Part shown: positions 27,453 through 32,000 of the stretch, piece by piece
Position numbering within the stretch: the first letter of the stretch is position 1
How the letters are laid out: the number at the start of each line of letters is the position of its first letter
NCBI RefSeq assembly: GCF_000189295.2
Contig: NC_016803.1
Location: forward strand, 3,180,001-3,212,000
Reading direction: 5' to 3'
Source of the DNA: Pseudodesulfovibrio mercurii
Lineage (GTDB): Bacteria > Desulfobacterota > Desulfovibrionia > Desulfovibrionales > Desulfovibrionaceae
DNA length: 32,000 bases
The notes under the pieces: generated by a model
Database searches by the model: none
The model's input: only the letters and a program-made list of their open reading frames with translations
Told to the model about the DNA's origin: nothing
Made by a program: the position numbers and the translations under genes

Positions 27453-28994
27453 TTACTTGGGAATGACCGCCCAGCTGGGCACGGTGGTCAGGTCCACGCC
27501 CCACAGGGCCGGGAGGATGTAGACCACGAAGGCGGTGATCAGGATCGTGCCGAAGATGTTCAGCCAGACGCCCGCCTTGGCCATCTGCTTGATGCTCACG
27601 CATCCGCTGCCGAAGACGACGGCGTTGGGCGGCGTGGCCACCGGGAGCATGAAGGCGTAGGAGGCCGCCACGCAGGCGCCGACGATGGTCGCGAACGGGT
27701 GCACGCCCATGGCGATGGCCGCGGAACCCATGATGGGCACGAGCAGGGTGGCGGTGGCGGTGTTGGAGGTGATCTCGGTCAGGAAGATGGTGATCAGGAC
27801 CACGACGCCGACGAAGATGATCATGCTGGTGCCGGCGAGTCCGCCGAGCTGGCTCGCGATGTAGGCGGCCAGGCCGGTCTTGGCGAAGCCGTTGGCGATG
27901 GCCAGGCCGCCGCCGAAGAGCAGGATGACGTCCCAGGGAATCTTCACGGCGGTCTTCCAATCCAGGAGGAACTCGCCCTTCTTGAAGTCGACCGGGATGG
28001 CGAACAGGATCAGGGCGCCGAGGATACCGATGGTGGCGTCGCCCACGTACTTGAAGTGGGGCATGATGCCCAGGACGAAGGTGGACTTGGCCATGAAGCC
28101 GCGTGCCAGCCAGAAGGCGGCCATGAAACAGCCCACGACCACGATCTTCTTTTCCTGGCTGGACATGGGTCCGAGCTTCTTCACTTCGTCGTCGATGATC
28201 TGGGCGCCGCCGGCCAACTCCAGGCCGCCCATGGGGAACAGGATCTTGGTCAGCAGGAACCAGGCGAAGGCCAGGGTGATGACCGCCAGCGGGACGCCGA
28301 AGAGCATCCACTGGCCGAAGCCGATCTGCACGCCGAACATCTTCTCGACCATGCCGGCCATGACGGTGTTCGGGGGGGTGCCGATGATGGTGGCCACGCC
28401 GCCGATGGACGCGGCGTAGGCGATGCCGAGCATCAGGCCCCGGCCGAAGTTGAACTCGGGACCGACGTGGGTGGTGCCGTCACGCAGGTGCTCGGAGTCG
28501 TAGCCCGTGGCCTGCTGGATGACGGCCATGCCGATGGGGACCATCATCATGGCCGTGGCGGTGTTGGACACCCACATGGACAGGAAGCCGGTGGCGACCA
28601 TGAAGCCCATGATCATGCGCGCCGGGCTCGTGCCGATGGCCTTGATGGTGTACAGGGCCACACGGCGGTGCAGGTTCCAGCGCTCCATGGTCACGGCCAG
28701 GAAGAAGCCGCCCATGAACAGGTAGATCAGGTGGTTGGCGTAGGGGGCCGTGGACGCGGCGGACGACATGACGCCGAGCATGGGGAACAGGGCGATGGGC
28801 AGCAGGGAGGTCGCCGGAATCGGAATCGCCTCGGTGATCCACCAGATGGCCATCAGTGCGGTAACCGCCGCGACGTGCCATGCCTCTGTCTTCATGCCCT
28901 CGGGGGCCGGAATGAGCAGCATCGCGACGAGCACGATGGGTCCGAGGAAGAACCCTATGCGCTTGCCGTTGTTTGAATCAGCCTGATTGGACAT
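27453..28994 (-). CDS. DASS/SLC13-family anion:sodium symporter (probable C4-dicarboxylate transporter by context)
   Basis: Start MSNQADSNNGKRIGFFLGPIV with GAGGAG upstream. WWITEAIPIPATSLLP and TSNTATA/PPNA hairpin motifs are typical of DASS permeases. Confidence 0.88.
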   Translation of the reverse strand: MSNQADSNNGKRIGFFLGPIVLVAMLLIPAPEGMKTEAWHVAAVTALMAIWWITEAIPIPATSLLPIALFPMLGVMSSAASTAPYANHLIYLFMGGFFLAVTMERWNLHRRVALYTIKAIGTSPARMIMGFMVATGFLSMWVSNTATAMMMVPIGMAVIQQATGYDSEHLRDGTTHVGPEFNFGRGLMLGIAYAASIGGVATIIGTPPNTVMAGMVEKMFGVQIGFGQWMLFGVPLAVITLAFAWFLLTKILFPMGGLELAGGAQIIDDEVKKLGPMSSQEKKIVVVGCFMAAFWLARGFMAKSTFVLGIMPHFKYVGDATIGILGALILFAIPVDFKKGEFLLDWKTAVKIPWDVILLFGGGLAIANGFAKTGLAAYIASQLGGLAGTSMIIFVGVVVLITIFLTEITSNTATATLLVPIMGSAAIAMGVHPFATIVGACVAASYAFMLPVATPPNAVVFGSGCVSIKQMAKAGVWLNIFGTILITAFVVYILPALWGVDLTTVPSWAVIPK

Positions 28995-29068
28995 TCTACA
29001 CTCCTCAATTGGTAAGACGTTTCCATCTCGGAAAGGACCGCAACCCCAGACGGCGCTGAGGAAAAGTG

Positions 29069-29095
29069 CCGGGCGGAGCACCCCGCTCCGCCCGG
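29069..29095 (-). terminator. terminator after the malic enzyme gene
   Basis: ccgggcggagc / gctccgcccgg 11-bp stem, followed on the minus strand by cacttttcc. Confidence 0.55.
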
Positions 29096-29102
29096 TATTT
29101 AT

Positions 29103-30425
29103 TTAGATTCCAAGATGATAAGTATCAACGAAAGCGCTCACGCGGGCGCTGGAGGCCTGGATACGCTTGCCGAGCGAGGCCTTGTATTCGTCCAGGTCGA
29201 GTTGCTTGCGGGCCACGCCCTCCTCCATGGCGGCCTTGGCCACGGCCACGGAGACGTACTCGATGAGCCGCAGGTCCAGGGCCTTGGGGATGACGTAGTC
29301 GATGCCGAACTCGAGTTTGTCCACGCCGAAGGCCTCGCAGACGTATTGCGGGGCCTCGGTCTTGGCCAGGTCGGCCAGGGCCTGGGCGGCGGCCAGCTTC
29401 ATGCCTTCGGTGATGGCCGTGGCGCCGCAGTCGAGCGCGCCGCGGAAGATGAACGGGAAGCCGAGCACGTTGTTGACCTGGTTCGGGAAGTCCGAGCGGC
29501 CGGTGCCCATGATGCAGTCGGGGCGGGCGGACTTGGCGTCGTCGTAGGTGATCTCCGGGTCCGGGTTGGCGCAGGCGAAGATGATCGGGCAGTTGTCGGA
29601 CATGGACTTGACCATCTCCTTGCTGACCACGCCGCCCTTGGACAGGCCCAGGAAGCAGTCCGCGCCGACCATGGCCTCGGCCAGGGAGGCGTATTCCTTC
29701 TCGGTGGCGTACTGCTGCTTGAACTCGTTCAGGTCCGTGCGGGGCTTGTTGATGTGTCCCTTGGAGTCGAACATGGCGATGTTCTCGAACTTGACGCCCA
29801 TGTTCCGGTACAGGTTGGTGCAGGCGATGGCCGCCGCGCCCGCGCCGGAGATGACCACGCGCATGTCGGCGGCGTTCTTGCCCGAGATCTCGATGGCGTT
29901 CATCATGCCGGCGGAGGTGACGATGGCCGTGCCGTGCTGGTCGTCATGGAAGACCGGGATGTTCATTTCCTTTTTCAGCTTCTCTTCGATGTAGAAGCAT
30001 TCCGGGGCCTTGATGTCTTCGAGGTTGATGCCGCCGAAGGTCGGCTCCAGGGCCTTGACGATGTCGCACAGCTTGTCCGGGTCGCTGACGTCCAGGTCGA
30101 TGTCGTAGACGTCCACGTCGCCGAAGACCTTGAACAGCACGCCCTTGCCCTCCATGACCGGCTTGCCCGCCAGGGGCCCGATGTTGCCCAGGCCGAGCAC
30201 GGCGGTGCCGTTGGAAACCACGCCGACCAGGTTGCCCTTGCCGGTGTATTCGTAGACCAGTTCGGGATCGGCGTGGATGGCCTTGCACGCCTCGGCCACG
30301 CCGGGGCTGTACGCCATGGACAGATGTTTCTGGGTCTTGCACGGCTTGACCGGGACGACCTCGACCTTCCCCTTGCGGCCGATGGAATGATAGTCCAGGG
30401 CCTCTTGTTTGGTGAATAATGCCAT
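29103..30425 (-). CDS. NAD(P)-dependent malic enzyme (short form, no PTA domain)
   Basis: [44 protein letters not shown]... and [22 protein letters not shown] are canonical for bacterial malic enzymes. Confidence 0.93.
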   Translation of the reverse strand: MALFTKQEALDYHSIGRKGKVEVVPVKPCKTQKHLSMAYSPGVAEACKAIHADPELVYEYTGKGNLVGVVSNGTAVLGLGNIGPLAGKPVMEGKGVLFKVFGDVDVYDIDLDVSDPDKLCDIVKALEPTFGGINLEDIKAPECFYIEEKLKKEMNIPVFHDDQHGTAIVTSAGMMNAIEISGKNAADMRVVISGAGAAAIACTNLYRNMGVKFENIAMFDSKGHINKPRTDLNEFKQQYATEKEYASLAEAMVGADCFLGLSKGGVVSKEMVKSMSDNCPIIFACANPDPEITYDDAKSARPDCIMGTGRSDFPNQVNNVLGFPFIFRGALDCGATAITEGMKLAAAQALADLAKTEAPQYVCEAFGVDKLEFGIDYVIPKALDLRLIEYVSVAVAKAAMEEGVARKQLDLDEYKASLGKRIQASSARVSAFVDTYHLGI

Positions 30426-30452
30426 TGTGTTATCTCCTTGAAGGTTTGTGCG

Positions 30453-31010
30453 TTATTCGATGCCCGCGGCCTTCAGGTCGGGCACGGCGTACAGTTCGCC
30501 GCCGTGGGAATCGTTGATGACGAGCAGGGGGAAGTCCTCGACGGTCATCTCGCGGATGGCCTCGGGACCGAGTTCGTCGAAGGCGATGACCTTGGACGCC
30601 ACGATGGAGTTGGACAGCAGCGCGCCCGCGCCGCCCGTGGCGCCGAAGTACACGGCGGTGTAGTCCTGCATGGCCTGCCGGGTGGCGGCGTCGCGCTTGC
30701 CCTTGCCGATGGTCGCCTTGAGGCCCAGGGAGTAGAGGCGCGGGGCGTAGGAGTCCATGCGGTAGCTGGTGGTCGGACCGGCGGCGCCGATGGGGCGGCC
30801 CGGAGGCGCCGGGGAGGGGCCGACGTAGTAGATGGCCGCGCCTTCGAGCTTGAAGGGCAGCTCCTTGCCCGCGTCGAGCAGGTCCACGAGCTTCTTGTGG
30901 GCCGCGTCGCGCGCGGAGTAGATGGTCCCGGTCAGGAAGACCACGTCGCCCGCCTTGAGCTGGGCGATGTCCTCGTCGGTCAGCGGGGTGTTCAGTTTGT
31001 ATTCAGCCAT
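30453..31010 (-). CDS. class I (Fe-S) fumarate hydratase, beta subunit (C-terminal domain type)
   Basis: 185 aa. GTIYSARDAAHKKL, GPTTSYRMD and ATIGKGKR blocks. The start overlaps the alpha-subunit stop (TAATG). Confidence 0.9.
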   Translation of the reverse strand: MAEYKLNTPLTDEDIAQLKAGDVVFLTGTIYSARDAAHKKLVDLLDAGKELPFKLEGAAIYYVGPSPAPPGRPIGAAGPTTSYRMDSYAPRLYSLGLKATIGKGKRDAATRQAMQDYTAVYFGATGGAGALLSNSIVASKVIAFDELGPEAIREMTVEDFPLLVINDSHGGELYAVPDLKAAGIE

Positions 31011-31849
31011 TAGAGTATGACCTCCTCATGCCGCTGGGAGTGGCATTGCACGTTGACGGCCAGAGGCAGGCTCGCCAGGTGGCAGGGCTCCATGGTGATC
31101 TTCACGCTGAGCACGGTGGTCTTGCCGCCGAGCCCCATGGGGCCGATGCCGAGGGCGTTGATGGCGTCCTCGAGCTCCTTTTCCTTGGCCGCGATGTCCG
31201 GATCGGGATGGGTGTCGTCGAGCTTGCGCAGCAGACCGCGCTTGGCGATCTTGGCCGCGTGCTCGAAGGTCCCGCCGATGCCCACGCCGATGACCGTGGG
31301 CGGGCAGGGGTTGGGACCGGCCTCGGCCACGCGGTTGACCACGAACTTCTTGATTCCTTCCCAGCCCTGGGCCGGGGCGAGCATGGTCACGCGGGACATG
31401 TTCTCGGCGCCGCCGCCCTTGGCCATGAAGGAGATCTTGAGCTTGTCGCCGGGCACGAAGTCGAAGTGGATGACGGCCGGGGTGCCGTCGCCGGTGTTGG
31501 CCCGGGTCAGCGGGTCGCAGGCGGACTTGCGCAGGTACCCTTCCTTGTAGCCCTTGCGCGTGCCCTCGTTGATGGCCTCGCGCAGGTTGCCGCCCTCGAT
31601 GCGCACGTCGTCGCCGACCTCCACGAAGAAGACGGCCAGTCCGGTGTCCTGGCACAGGGGCAGCTTGGTGTTGTGGGCCAGGTCCGCGTTTTCCAGGAGC
31701 TGGCGGAGCACTTCCTTGGCGGAAGGGCTGGTTTCCTCTGCCATGGCCTTTTCCAGTCTTGCGCGCACGTCGGCGGGCAGTTCGGTGTTGGCGCTGACGC
31801 ACATCCTGGCGACGGCGTCGATAATGTCGCTGGTCTGAATGGTACGCAT
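31010..31849 (-). CDS. class I (Fe-S) fumarate hydratase, alpha subunit (N-terminal domain type)
   Basis: 279 aa. LPLCQDTGLAVFFVEVG and FMAKGGGAENMS blocks are typical of the FumA/TtdA N-terminal domain. Confidence 0.9.
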   Translation of the reverse strand: MRTIQTSDIIDAVARMCVSANTELPADVRARLEKAMAEETSPSAKEVLRQLLENADLAHNTKLPLCQDTGLAVFFVEVGDDVRIEGGNLREAINEGTRKGYKEGYLRKSACDPLTRANTGDGTPAVIHFDFVPGDKLKISFMAKGGGAENMSRVTMLAPAQGWEGIKKFVVNRVAEAGPNPCPPTVIGVGIGGTFEHAAKIAKRGLLRKLDDTHPDPDIAAKEKELEDAINALGIGPMGLGGKTTVLSVKITMEPCHLASLPLAVNVQCHSQRHEEVIL

Positions 31850-31850
31850 G

Positions 31851-32000
31851 TTATTTCTTCCTGAAGATCTGCTTCATTGCGGTGATGCCCATCTTGCGGC
31901 GCAGGAAGCCGAGCTGGTTCTGCAGGGGCAGCCCCTTGGGACAGACGTCTTCGCAGGCGAGAAGGCCCATGCAGCCGAAGATGCCGTTGTCGTTGCCGAT
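31851..32000 (-). CDS. fumarate reductase/succinate dehydrogenase iron-sulfur subunit, C-terminal 49 aa (rest lies outside the window)
   Basis: My own minus-strand translation gives IGNDNGIFGCMGLLACEDVCPKGLPLQNQLGFLRRKMGITAMKQIFRKK*. The C...CxxxCPKGL motif matches the third cluster region of FrdB/SdhB. Stop is 1 nt upstream of the fumarase start. Confidence 0.6.
   Translation of the reverse strand: MGNDNGIFGCMGLLACEDVCPKGLPLQNQLGFLRRKMGITAMKQIFRKK

Overview
High-GC window (visually about 60-65%) that looks like a sulfate-reducing Desulfovibrionaceae chromosome; this is inferred from gene content only, and no database search was run. Left to right: (1) the 3' end of an RHS polymorphic-toxin gene with two small paralogous membrane-protein genes in a low-GC patch; (2) a NitT/TauT-type ABC importer operon (+); (3) a convergent RND efflux pair (adaptor plus AcrB-like pump, -) with a divergent TetR regulator; (4) a DUF853/HerA-like ATPase gene; (5) an apparently intact 2181-bp IS1595-family element with 28-bp imperfect terminal inverted repeats, a perfect 8-bp target-site duplication and a 314-aa passenger gene of unknown function; (6) a non-coding tract rich in G/C-tract hairpins around a YgiW-like OB-fold periplasmic protein gene; (7) a roughly 17.6-kb run of co-oriented minus-strand genes: frdB/sdhB (partial), two-subunit class I fumarase, malic enzyme, DASS anion symporter, decaheme cytochrome c, rnfCDGEAB, pta and PFOR. 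The most unusual items are in the rnf cluster. RnfB is fused in frame to a GltD-like NAD(P)H flavoprotein, while RnfC is short with a degenerate Gly-rich loop. There is also a Cys-rich RnfE tail and a structured 165-bp gap between rnfE and rnfA. The IS passenger gene and the RHS tail with its putative immunity pair are the other leads. No rRNA, tRNA or CRISPR array was seen.
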